Positions 27,934 to 40,785 of a stretch of DNA of 64,000 bases are shown piece by piece. Position numbers and translations under genes: made by a program. Positions within the stretch are counted from its first letter, which is position 1; each line of letters starts with the position of its first letter. A model generated the notes under the pieces. That model ran no database searches, was not told where the DNA came from, and saw only the letters and a list, made by a program, of their open reading frames with translations. Origin of the DNA: Ptychomitrium polyphyllum (lineage: Eukaryota); NCBI GenBank assembly GCA_973851085.1, contig OZ316775.1, forward strand, positions 3,596,001 to 3,660,000. Reading direction: 5' to 3'.

Positions 27934-28337
27934 TATAAAAGCCTATGTAGCTTTCTGTAGTAAAATTGTTGATTTGAGGTTGTATACAACTGCATAATCA
28001 TGCTTCAAGCAACACGGTCATCTACTCGAGGAAAAGGCACGTTGGCAAAAGTATTACATTACTCTGTGAACGCAGTGGCTATGGCTATGGTTAGAATCGG
28101 CTGCAATTTTGTAGTTATAGACACTGGGATAACCAGAATGCTCTCTTAAGAGCTGCCATTGCTGCAGCTAGGTGAGTTTTAAGCAACGTTCGCTTTCGTA
28201 GCATCAGAGACATCGTAGCTGGAAAACAAGAGGAGCTGCTTGCATTGTTGATATCATTGAACATGGTGCTACATTGGCCATCAAAGGAGTAGTATAGTAA
28301 ACTTGGTGACCAATTTTGGTATTGGAAAATTTAGGCC
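27934..28337 (+). promoter_or_regulatory. Candidate TATA box and 5'-UTR intron of the ABCG gene
   Basis: TATAAAA at 27934-27940; donor AG|GTGAGT at 28172 and acceptor TTTAG ending 28334, directly before GCCATGG. Prediction only. Confidence 0.45.
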
Positions 28338-31300
28338 ATGGCGGGGTCAGCCACCTCTATGGAGGGGATTGATATTTGGGGAAGCAGAAAGGCGTCCAAT
28401 GGCTATAGCGACACCAGAGGCAGCAGGACGAGAACCTCCCGGTCCTTCAGCCTGGGCTCCGACATGTTCTTCTCCAGGAAGGCCACGCCGTCCAGGCAAT
28501 ACCACAGTGTTGATGACGACGAGGAAGCGCTCAAATGGGCAGCGCTGGAGAAGCTGCCCACTTACGACCGACTTCGCACAACCATCTTGCAGAAGAGTTT
28601 GGGAAGCCGTGTGGTGCACGAGGAAGTAGACGTGACGAAAATTGGGTTTGAGCAGCGCCGGCAGATTATTGACAACTTGTTGCAGGTTGCTGACGAAGAC
28701 AACGAACGCTTCTTGGTGAAGCTTCGCAACCGGATAGACAGGTACTGACAGAAACTCGCAGCTAGATATTGACAAAATTTCTTGCAACAAACAATTTGTA
28801 TTCATCTGTTGAAACACTCACATCACCGGGTTTTGAGCTTTTGGTCTAACTATGTACACCAGAAGGCTCCATAAGTTGTGTTCCGGAGCAAATTGACGAC
28901 CTTTTAGAAGCCTGCAAGTACTGATTGCCCAAGTTTTGCAGCAGAGTTTGTGCGTTTCCGTGGAGTAGAGTGGAAAATGGAAGAGGAAGGAATTGATTGC
29001 ACTGTCTTGTTTTGTACAAATTAGCTGTTAATGTACTGTTTCAACTTGTTACTATATTTTTGAAAATTGGGTCTAATATTTGCACACTAGCAGCTGGGTT
29101 CATGAGTAGAGGGTTTCTATTGTGACAGAATGACAACCTTTGGGAGGCCTTCAAGTATTGGTTTGACTTGTGCATGGAAGGGAATGAATGTGCGTGTTTA
29201 GTGTAAAATAGTGTTGAGTGCTAAGGATATTGGAAAGGGAAGGAATAGATTGCACATGTACTTTTGTATACTAAATTGTGAGATGTTAACGTGAGTTTGT
29301 AACTGTGCTGTTCTGAAGAGTGGGGATTCAGCTACCTACGATTGAGGTCAGATATGAGAACCTGACTGTCGACGCCAAGTGCTTCGTGGGATCTCGAGCA
29401 TTGCCCACGCTCAAAAATGTCACAATCAACATTCTTGAGGTCTTGAAACTATAATACATTAACCAGAAATTAAATTGTTATGAAACTCGTGGTTGCGTCA
29501 ATCAGAGTTGCTTGCATGAGTTCAATGATCAGGTTGTTGTTAGGTAAGATATTTGTTTTCTCTTCTGTGAGGTGCTTGTACTAAATCAGCCCAATATGCG
29601 ATTATAGTGTGAGTACGAGATTGCCCAATATCATCTCATATGGGTTATACTATCTCATATTGGGCAATCTCACATTGAGCAACTTGAGAGGCAAGATGGT
29701 ATGCCTATACTTAATTGGTTTTGTGCTGGTGTAGAGTATCCTGGCCCATATGGGTTTGTCGCCTGCAAAGAAAACAGAGTTAAATATCCTTCACGACATC
29801 AGTGGAATCATCAAGCCAGGACGGTATGTGTTTCCTCATTCTTTGCCAGGCTGAAGAAAACAAATGTTAGAAATGAATGAGCAATGATGCTTTCAATTTG
29901 CATACCATCTTGTCTCTAAAACAAATCAATTTGTTTCCAATATGAGATTGTAGTATGAGTATGAGATCGTAAATTCAAAATGACACTTCGGCTCATGTCT
30001 TGAACCATTCTTTTTGCCATTATTTACTTCACTCTTGTAAACGATCAACAGTCCAGCGTTCTAGTGCAACAGCTTCCTCAAACTTCGTGGCAGCAATAGC
30101 ATAATAAAAAAACAATTTACTTTTAATCACCAGAATCTTTCTTCAGGCTTGTCCTCATCTCTTTTCACTTCACAGAATGACATTGCTCTTGGGGCCACCA
30201 AGCTCAGGGAAAACTACACTGCTACTCACTTTATCCGGCAAAGTTGACAAAACCCTGCAGGTAGATTCATTTCCGAAGCTTAAAATTCCTTCTTTTCTAG
30301 AATATCGTGTACAAACAAATTGAACAATTATTTAGTACACGAGTTGCAGCACCAAACCTTTATGAGATGTCAATGTTTAAAACGACTGCAAAGCTCCATG
30401 ACAATGAATCAAACGCTCATTTCTTGATGCGATGGATCTGATTACTGTAGAGGTGAGTGAAATTTCATTTTCTTTTATGTATTCCAGGGCCAGGTGAAGG
30501 GTAATGTGACATACAATGGACACACACTGGACGAATTTGTGCCACAAAAGACTTCTGTGTATATCAGTCAGCAAGATCTCCATGTGGCTGAAATGACTGT
30601 CCGTGAGACGCTGGACTTTTCTGCACGATGCCAAGGCATTGGCACCCGCTACGGTCAGCATTCATTTCGTCGTCTGAGGCGTACAATTCTACGGTCTGAA
30701 TTCGAGAGATTTATGTCTGAAAACATGTCACCGGAATATTAATCAATTTAATATTCCGTTAATCAATGTATGCAGAGATGCTCGCCGAACTTGCGAAACG
30801 AGAGAAGCAAGCTGGAATATTTCCTGAAAAGGACGTGGACATCTACATGAAGGTCAGTGTTCAATTCACTAGCTACTTTATGTCTGCACTAATTTAGTTA
30901 CTTTTGCTTCAATTCTCAAAGTATTGAGTGTTTGAATATCGCGTACTATATATTCGCAGGCAACAGCCGTGGAAGGGATGGAGAGCAGCCTCTCCACGGA
31001 TTACATTATGAAGGTTTGTGACTATCTTCTACCTCATTATAATACACATATCTCGATGGCAGAAGAACTTGCAGAGAGTTAATACAATTTTGAGGTTTTG
31101 AAAATTGATTCATTCTTTCCATTTCAGATTCTGGGATTGGATGTATGCTCGAACGTGCTGGTGGGTGACACTATGCACCGAGGGATCTCTGGAGGTCAAA
31201 AGAAACGCGTTACCACTGGTATATTAGTATATTAATTTTTTCCATACCCTCTCACAACAGGTCTGGATTAGTCCACAAATACTGATATGTATTCCGATAG

Positions 31301-34300
31301 TCGTCTATGCTCATTCGATGAGTTGGATATGTAATTTCAATGTTAGTTACTTACAAAAATGATCATCTTCGGCAGGTGAAATGATAGTTGGGCCAACCAA
31401 GGCATTGTTCATGGACGAGATCTCGACCGGATTGGACAGCTCTACTACATACCAGATCGTCAAGTGTCTATCACAGTTCTGCCATGTTATGGATGCCACA
31501 ATCATAATGTCCCTTCTTCAGCCAGCTCCTGAAACTTTTGAGCTCTTTGATGACATTGTGTTGCTCTCTGAGGGCCAAGTTGTGTACCATGGGCCAAGAG
31601 AACATATCCTTGAGTTTTTTGAAGCTTGTGGGTTCGTTTGCCCCGAACGGAAAGGAGTGGCAGATTTTTTGCAAGAGGTATAGTTCCAATCGACGATCCA
31701 AGACTGATTCACATTTTATTTTTCTTAAACGTGGGACTGCATTAGATGAACCAAATTCGATTAACCGCAGCGTATGGTCTTTGATGCAGTCAATGTTTGT
31801 GAATTTTGCTATCAAATCCTCAATTTGATATTTTTTGGTAATTACGGGACTATTACTGGCCCTTGTATTCAGCTTTTAGATGATGTCTCTAATTAAATCC
31901 TTTTGCAGGTAACATCGCGCAAGGACCAAGAACAGTACTGGAGTAATGACCCTCAAAACTACCGATATGTATCAGTGAGGCAGTTTGCAGAGAGGTTCAA
32001 AACGTTCCATGTGGGCATTCACTTGACAGAGGATCTTGCAACACCGTATGACAAAGAGCTCTCTCATAAGGCAGCCCTCACTTTTGATCGTTACGGTGTC
32101 AGCAACATGGAGCTTTTCAAAGCCAATTTCTCTAAAGAGTTTCTCCTTATGAAGCGACAATCATTTGTCCATATCTTCAAATCTTGCCAGGTAACTAATT
32201 CATCACCCATCTGTATCCTTTTAATCCTTACAGCTTCATAAGTCATGAACAACATGTCTAGTTAACCGATTATACAATTTGGATCATATGATAAGCAGAT
32301 TGGGATCATAGCCCTAATTGCCATGACTACTTTCTTCCGCACAACAATGGGGCACAAAACAGAAGCAGAAGGTGCAGCATATCTGGGAGCACTCTTCTTC
32401 GGAATCCTGATTGTGATGTTCAATGGCTATGCCGAGCTCTCCATGACCATCTTCAGGCTTCCGGTTTTCTACAAGCAAAGGGATTTGCTTTTCTACCCAG
32501 CTTGGGCTTTTGCGTTACCGAGCATGCTGTTGAGCATACCTTCCTCTATATTGGAAGCTGGAATTTATACCCTCATCACTTACTACGGAATGGGCTTTAC
32601 TCCTGAAGCTAGCAGGTATATGTGCAAACTCATCAAATACCGAATCACTAAAGATAAACTGGTAGTTAAAGTAACTTTGGGGTGAACATAAAACAATTGA
32701 AGAAAATTTTGATGCTTCCTTGTGATTAAGTTGGCCAAGCTTTGAACTAAGCAGGCTTGATAAGATACTATAGTCTTCTTTAAAATTACATCTTCATTTG
32801 ATGTTTTGAAGATATTTTGGAACATGAAATTGTTTCTAGAAAAGAAAAACAGAATTAACTTTGAATTGACTCTTTTCTGCAGGTTCTTCAGGTCGTTTCT
32901 TTTACTTACTTTGGTACATCTCATGTCAAGTGCGTTGTTCCGGTTGATTGCTGGAATCTGCCGAACGATGGTCATTGCCAACACCGGAGGAACCTGCGCA
33001 TTGATAGTCTTCGTTCTGCTAGGAGGATTTATCATACCAAGAGAGAAGATTAAACCATGGTGGATCTGGGGCTATTGGTCATCACCCATAGCCTATGCCC
33101 AGAGTGCTCTTTCCGTAAACGAGTTTCTTGCACCTCGATGGGCTACTGTAAGTTGCTGAGTTAGTTCTTCCTTATTTGTTTCTCTAATTCATCATTTTGT
33201 ATTACAGTATCGATGTGTTTGGGACATACAAGGACAAAGTGTTTAACATGCTCTAAATTCTTTGCAATTTTTTGTTGGACAGAAAATACAAAATAGTGCG
33301 TTGACGCTTGGGCACAAATTGATGCGTGATTTCGGAATCCATCCAGAGGCTTCCTGGTATTGGATTGGAATCGGGACGCTGGCTGCTTACATGATCCTTT
33401 TCAACGCGTTGTACACTCTCACTCTCACATATCTAGATCGTAAGCATTTTCTTACCTTTTGTGAGTATATATCAAACTTAAGCATCTCTTTCCCATCTCT
33501 TTGACAGTGGTTGAAGAGGTGGACCTGCCACCGTGACTGTCTAGATACTACTTGGAAAAGAATTATTTTAATCATTTTCGCATGTTTAGTGTGTTCTTGA
33601 CGATGTAATAAGGGTAGAGAATGATAAGATAAGATATAACTAATATTATCATCCTATTTGCCTAAGCCTTCACTGTGAATTGCACACAGCATTGGGAAAA
33701 CCTCAAGCAGTGATATCTGAGGAAGCTCTTGCTCTGAGAAACGCCAACCGAACTGGAGAGGAATTTGCAGTCTCGACAAGGTACAAAAATAAGAAGCTTC
33801 GTCCAAGGTCAAAGGACTCCATCAACATCTATGGTATGATGCACACATAGTCTTTGATTGTATCAACCTCTAGTCTATTAATTACTATTCATCTGATCAT
33901 ACACCACTTTGCGATATATGTAGGAAGTGACTCCCGAAATGAAGAATTCGTGCAAGAGCACGTTTTAAGAGTGACCAATGGAATTGAATTTTCATCAAAA
34001 ACAGGACGGAAGAGGGGAATGATCCTACCTTTCAAACCGCTAGCAATGTCTTTCAACGATATAAAGTACTTTGTAGACATGCCAGCAGAAATGAGGGCTC
34101 AAGGGGTGACGGAAGAGAGGCTCCAGCTCTTGTGTGGAGTGACAGGTGCCTTTCGTCCTGGAGTGTTGACAGCTTTAGTGGGAGTAAGTGGTGCCGGCAA
34201 GACGACCCTCATGGATGTGCTGGCAGGAAGGAAAACCGGTGGGTATGTGGAGGGTGAGATTCGCATCTCTGGGTTTCCAAAGAAGCAAGAGACTTTTGCC

Positions 34301-37128
34301 CGTATTTGTGGGTATTGTGAGCAGAATGATATTCACTCTCCTCAAGTGACTGTGCTAGAGTCGCTTGTCTTCTCAGCTTGGCTCAGGTTGCCTCCAGAAA
34401 CAGACCCCAAAACTCGTGTGGTAAGTTCCAGACTCGATGCATTTCCTCATTGTGGTGATACTTCATGAAAATCATATATGACATGATGTATAAATGGTAT
34501 TAAAACATGTTTCAAAATGCAATGGGGCAATCGATAAATGATTATTACTCGTCATTGTACTAAATGGATGAATGCTTTGGATGGATTGGCTTGAGCTGCA
34601 GCAATTTGTGGAGGAGGTGTTGGAATTGGTGGAGTTGAAGCCTTCGGAGGATGCTCTGGTTGGGTTGCCAGGAGTTACTGGGCTATCCACCGAGCAGAGA
34701 AAAAGGCTGACAATTGCCGTGGAACTTGTTGCCAATCCTTCCATTGTGTTCATGGATGAGCCCTCAAGTGGGTTGGATGCCCGTGCTGCTGCCATCGTGA
34801 TGCGTACTGTAAGGAACACAGTGGACACAGGTCGGACTGTTGTGTGCACCATTCATCAGCCCAGCATTGACATCTTTGAATCCTTCGACGAGGTTGGTGT
34901 ATATGTAGGAGTCTCCTAACAATCACAATATGCAGGGTAGTACACCAATTGAGTCTTGCACTACAGTGCATTATTTATTGATTTAGAACACAATGAGGTT
35001 TCCGAAAACGAATGAATTTTTAATTAAAGGCCACTTGAAATTCACTTGAAACCTGATTGATCTTGTTGATGTAAATTTCATTTAACTTGTCATCACTTGG
35101 ATTATGTTGCTATTTGATAGATGTTGCTAATGAAGCGTGGAGGACAAGTGATATACATGGGACCTCTGGGACGGAACTCAGAGACACTTATCAAGTACTT
35201 CGATGTAAGCCAATTTGATTCGCTTAATTATTGATGCCCCTCCTGTTCGAAGTATTTTTATTAATTTGTTACAATTCCTGATCAGGTTATGGCAGAATAG
35301 ATTAAACTCACCTAATCTCACGCCCTTCCTGCCGTGATGCAGGCAATTCGTGGCGTGCCCAAGATCAAGGAAGGCTCTAATCCAGCAACGTGGATGCTGG
35401 AAGCGACTAGTGCAGCAGTAGAATCACATCTTAAAATTGATTTTGCTGAAATCTACCAGCAATCCCCTCTATTCAGGTATTCTTTTCATTTTTCTCATAC
35501 CATGTGCGAATCTACCACGTGATGGATTTTATGTCCCACCAGTTGCATATTGAACTCCTGCGATTCTTTGTTTTTGCATCGTGAAGCTAATTAATGTTTA
35601 AGATTGCGCTTGGGTTGCGCTTGTGAAACTTGGTACTCCACATGATTGAAATAACAGTATTACTACTTGTGGTGGCAGGCATAACAAGGAGCAAGTGAAG
35701 GCTTTAAGTATACCAGTAAGAGGAACCAAGGACTTATATTTTCCAACACAATACTCCCAATCATTCTGGACACAATGCCTTGCTTGTCTTTGGAAAACGA
35801 ACTTGACTTACTGGCGCAGTCCGGATTACAACTGCGTCCGTTACTTCTTCACGCTCATGATGGCCTGTATAATAGGATCCATGTTTTGGGGTGTCGGAAA
35901 GGATACGTAAGTTTACATCAACATATCGCTCTGAACTAGTAGAACTATTATATTCTTAGCTTACAAGTTGATATGCATCAATTACAAAAGACTTGTTCGC
36001 AAAACTTTAAGTTGAGAATAGCCTTCCAAAGGTTGCAGTGGAGTGAAAGTAGAGTTACCTGACTACAATGTGCAATATTATTAACTAGCATCAATATTTA
36101 AAGCTTGCCGGATTGATTTACTGTGCCGCAGATCCGACCAGATGAATTTGTTCAGTGTGTTAGGAGGAATGTTCGCAGCTACCTTATTTCTTGGTGTGAA
36201 CAATGCTTCCAATGTCCAGCCAGTGGTGGCCATTGAAAGGACGATCTTCTACAGAGAACATGCAGCAGGGATGTACTCAGCTGTCCCCTATGCAATCGGT
36301 CAGGTGAAAATATTCAACTCTAGACTCAGCCTTGGATCAAGGTAGTACTCCATGAGAAAGAATTAATCATTCAATTGAGATTATTTTAATTGATTTTTTA
36401 ATCAATGTGGTGGTTTTGGCTATGCACAGATTTTGATAGAGATCCCATACTGCTTGATCCAAAGTCTCATGTTCTCCTTTCTCACGTATTCAATGATGAG
36501 CCTCACGTGGACAGCCAAGAAATTCTTCTACTACATCTTCATCTTGTATTTCACCCTCCTATACTTCACATACTACGGCATGATGGCGGTGGCCCTCACA
36601 TCCAACCACCAAGTGGCTGCCATTGTCTCCTCTGCGTTCTACTCCATCTTCAACCTCTTCTCCGGTTTCATGATCTTAAAACCCGTAAGCTCTTCACTTA
36701 AACTCACCCCTGAGTAATCACACAATTGATCCTCTTACATTGGCTCTCATCGTGATGCTGCTGAATTAGAATATGGCACTTTTTCAATGCACCCTAATTC
36801 ATTAGAATCTGTTTCAGCTGTCTAAGCTTTTGGTAATCTTGTGATCGAGGTGCAGAATATACCTGTTTGGTGGGTATGGTACTACTGGGTCTGCCCTGTG
36901 GCTTGGACGCTCTATGGGCTGATAACCACCCAGTTCGGGGACGTGACGAGCCTGGTGATTCCTTCAGATGGTTCGCCTCCCATAATGGTGAAGGAATACG
37001 TCAAGAACACCTTTGGGATGACTTCAGACATGGTCAGTCCTGCTGTGGCCATGCCTGTGGTATTCACTGTGGTTTTTGCTGCTGTTTTCGCCATCGGAAT
37101 CAAGTACTTCAACTTCCAACAGCGATGA
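28338..37128 (+). CDS. Full-size ABCG (PDR, pleiotropic drug resistance) transporter, about 1493 aa, 22 exons
   Basis: Exons 28338-28741, 29319-29439, 29735-29823, 30176-30260, 30494-30653, 30776-30852, 30960-31013, 31128-31218, 31376-31677, 31909-32190, 32299-32615, 32883-33147, 33283-33439, 33690-33833, 33924-34420, 34602-34892, 35121-35204, 35343-35476, 35679-35906, 36132-36303, 36430-36684, 36856-37128; all GT-AG and in phase. Motifs [77 protein letters not shown]-terminal NFQQR. Confidence 0.97.
29591..29671. repeat. Intronic inverted repeat (perfect 15-bp arms)
   Basis: gagattgcccaatat (29617-29631) and atattgggcaatctc (29657-29671), 25-nt loop. A diverged copy of 29591-29623 lies at 29937-29969. 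Confidence 0.8.
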
Positions 37129-38770
37129 TCACCACCAGATGCAACCTACAATGCTAAATTGAATCAAATTGTACAACAGTTTCGTACTGCAGTGATGTAA
37201 GAGAGTTCAATGCAGGCAGTCACTGACGTAGATAGAGCTTTCAGAGAATAGAATCGGAACATAACTATACCCTTGAAAATGCCCATCTGTTTCATGTTGA
37301 GAAATTTGTACTTCGTAAGTCAAACTTATAATTGCATCCAGCACTTTTAGGTGGACATTTAATCAAACCTTGCTTCTAAGTTAACCATTGCTAGACTTGA
37401 ATTAATCCACTCGGTCTCAAGCATGCTTCAAAACTAATCATCGATTAGCACCAATTCATTTTCCAGAACCACATCAGTGTCTACTTTAGGTGCACCCTAT
37501 TCTATGCAAGATACTATTTAGTACTATTCCTGGGCAGCTTCAAGATAGTTGGCAAAGTCTACCAGATTTTCTATTCATTCCCTCTAGCCTTACATTGCTA
37601 GCCGATTCTTGCAGTCTTTCAATAGAACAGGTTAGTGCGGGTTTTATCAAAGAATTGCAAGCCAAAGGTAAGATACGTAAGAAGTTTCAAAAAGCCTAAA
37701 AAATGCTCATCTTCACCGCAGTTCTTGCCAATTACTATACCACACTGAACTAAAGAGGACAACTCACAGCTTCCTGAGATTGGAAACCCAATTTTTACAG
37801 AATCTCCAGGAGAACCTCAGAAGCAACAAATCATTACAACCAGTCTATATCCTAGAACCGTTATCGAAGCTGAATCTCCAATGTGAAAGGTTACCATAAA
37901 CCTTGAGCAAGGCAAGGTTTCCTTTATTAGGAAAAGGTGTTAGACTTGAGATTGGGGAGTTCCATAACCATTTCAAGTCAAAGTCAACACCTATTGCACT
38001 GTCCTCTCTTGCATCCAGGGTTCAAAGTTTTCAGCCTAGAATCTCACCTAACTTGCTGTTAAGAAAGTGAGTTTGAACTTTCTGCTCTCTTTTAAGATCA
38101 GGATACGACGTCTAAGAAACTAAGTCGTGAAACAAATGTTTTGTTTTTTTCTCAGGTATTTTTAGCCATTGTGCTATAGTTGAAAATGGTGGCTAATTTC
38201 ATCAAATAGCTAAATCTGTTTTCAACCTAATTTAACCTAATTTTCAACCCAACTATCATCGTGGTATTACTAAGTATCACCTATATATTATGCGAGTAAC
38301 AGAAAATCAGTGGCAATCGGTCCGAAATGAAAAAAAAATTAACTGCGTGAAATGAAACCTACAAAGCTTAGGTTGAGAAAGAAAGAAAAACAAAGCTGAC
38401 ATTAAAAAATTGGCGATCAGTCTGGACCACTCTTAAGAGGATTTATTGAAGTAATGCCAAAGATTCGATCGCCTGTTACAATGATGTCTTGGTCGTATCA
38501 ATCGACCACCATACAAAGCAGCTGCTACTCCGCTGCTCTACTAGATTCATCCTTCAAGGATGTGTTGTTCCCCTGTACAAAATTGTTGAGTAAATCAGTA
38601 CTACTACTACCACGAAGCTTATGATTAGAATTAATGTGAGTTGATCTCCTACAAGTGCTAGTGGGAGCCCTGTTACCTATAAAATTGCTGAGAATTGCTG
38701 AATCTTCGTGTGCTGTCAACGATCCTCCTCTTCGATCCGTCTGTACAGAAAAGAGAAAGAATTATGATTC

Positions 38771-40785
38771 TCAAATCATGGTGTCCAATCGAAGATCGAT
38801 GACGCACCCCTGCAAGTTCTTTGCGTACTCGGCGTGGGGCGCAACGCCAGGCTTGCGAATGCAGCGCCACGAGAGAGGGAATTGGGAGAAGTCGCAGAGG
38901 ACGACGAACCCCCGGCTTTCATTTGCTTGAAAAATGTACACGATGTCACCATGGCCGGCGCCTTGGAGCTCGTACTTGAGATACGAGGACGGGTCCACAT
39001 AGGCCGACATACACACCTTGGGGCACATTTGGGAGAAGAGCGCATCGGGCATTGCGGTCACAGGTTTCCAGAGCTTCTTCTGGACGAGCTCCCAGATGGC
39101 AATGCCGGCAATCGTTGACGCGAATCGGTCTTCTCGGAATCCGATCAAAAGCAGACGGCCGTTACACTCCACGAGAAACGGGGGCAGAACGTCGGCGAGG
39201 TACGCGCGACTCTTCCAGATTCGTTTCAGGGAAGGATACTCGGTGAACACCAGGTCAGATGGTAGGGAAACTCTCAGAGGCCGCCACCGTGCGCTCTTGG
39301 TGTCGTACGCCATAAATGTGTGATACTCTGCCAGCACCACCATTACAACCTCGTCAGAAAACACCCTCTGCTGCGGAAATCGCAACATTCTGACGTGGAA
39401 ATGTTTCTGCAGATGAAGTTCTACAACCATAACACACGAAAACCAGAACCATGACCTACTCAGCAATCGAACAAGGATACGTTTTCACAAAATGTATTGA
39501 ATTCTATGAAACTTGGTGAAGGTTTAGGGATCAAATTCACGGACAAGAGCACACTGATATGATTATCCGTGTCAAACCCTCTGGTATCCCATTATACTCT
39601 CACTGTTCTCATCAAGAATCATCACGCAGGACTTGACGTGATGCAACTTCTCTCCACTTGTCATGAACTCGTGACCTACATGATGGTGAATTGCAGTGCT
39701 GCTAACAATTCTTTACTCAATCGAAATTTCAATTGTGCTTATCCTTCAAAGCAAAACCGCTCAGGTACCGGTAGCTTCGAGAATAATGCAAAGAATATCT
39801 CATTAGGTTCAAGATTTGAATGCGCTCTGGAAGAATTGGGTGAGAGTTGGATGATGGAATGAGGATGGAGGGGAAGTAAAGAACCTCGGTTGGGATCGAA
39901 GGAGAGCATTTGGTTGAAGCGCATGTGGTACACGACGCCATCGCAGAACGCCGTGGAGGTGCGCATTTCGTCGCAGACATGGCTCTGGTGGTTGTTGAAT
40001 TTCTCGCAGGTGGTGCGCCAGCACTCGGTGCGCGAGTCGTACACCTCAGTGCTCTGTACCTGCTGGTCGTACTCCAGCCCCCCGGCCACCACCAGCTTGT
40101 AATGGCCGCCGAAGCTCGTCGACGACGACTTGGGCCCCGAGCTCTCCGTAAACATGCTCACAACGGGCCTCTGCCTGCGCTTGAGCAACGGGGGGAGTTT
40201 TTTCCACGACCTCGTGATGGGATTAAATACCCCGAACCGGATAAAATGGCTCTTCAGGGCGCTGATTTTGTACACCATGAGGCCGGACGCGGCGCCACAC
40301 AACGACAACCCGCCGATTTTCTGCACGGTGGCGAAGTGCGGGATGGTGGTGAACGTCTGCCAATCGTTCTGCGCGGGATCAAAGGCGTGGAGCTTGTGGG
40401 GGTGCCCGGGGCCGCCATTCTCAAACAAGAAGAGCCACGAGCGAGGGTTGATTTCGTGAATTGACTTGTCGCGCAGGACTCGCCCGACGTATATCTCTCG
40501 GTCCCATCGCTTGCACACGAGGCGCGTATGGATGAGCGCCGTGAGCGGCAAGTGCGAGAGAATTTGTGCCACCAATTCCGGTTGCAGGTTGCTCCACATC
40601 TGGCAATCGAGCGCAGGAGGACAAGATGAGTCGTCTACAATGGTTCTTCTCGTTTGAAACTCCGCGGCAGCTCCCGCTAGATTTGGCATGTCGGAGTGGA
40701 ACAAGCTCCAGTGGTTTGTCCTGCTCGTCGCTCCCCGGCTCAACGTCCCCGAAAGAATCTGCCTGTTCTGTACTAGCGTCCCCAT
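38771..40785 (-). CDS. F-box/kelch-repeat protein, about 532 aa (500 aa if the start is 40689), 3 exons
   Basis: Exons 40785-39885, 39675-39578, 39370 (or 39367)-38771. F-box WSNLQPELVAQILSHLPLTALIHTRLVCKRW; GAASGL, VFNPITRSWKKLPPL, YKLVVAGG, TEVYDSRTECW, LVECNGRLLLIG, IWEL. Confidence 0.92.

Noticed and set aside
28347..28817. 156-aa minus-strand ORF (also 32583-33035 and 34472-34852)
   Set aside because: Antisense to ABCG exons.
34750..34780. DEPSSGLD instead of the usual DEPTSGLD in ABCG NBD2
   Set aside because: Conservative Thr-to-Ser change with catalytic DE intact; no sign of inactivation.
39910..40464. 184-aa plus-strand ORF and other overlapping ORFs
   Set aside because: Antisense shadows of the GC-rich F-box exon; no motifs.
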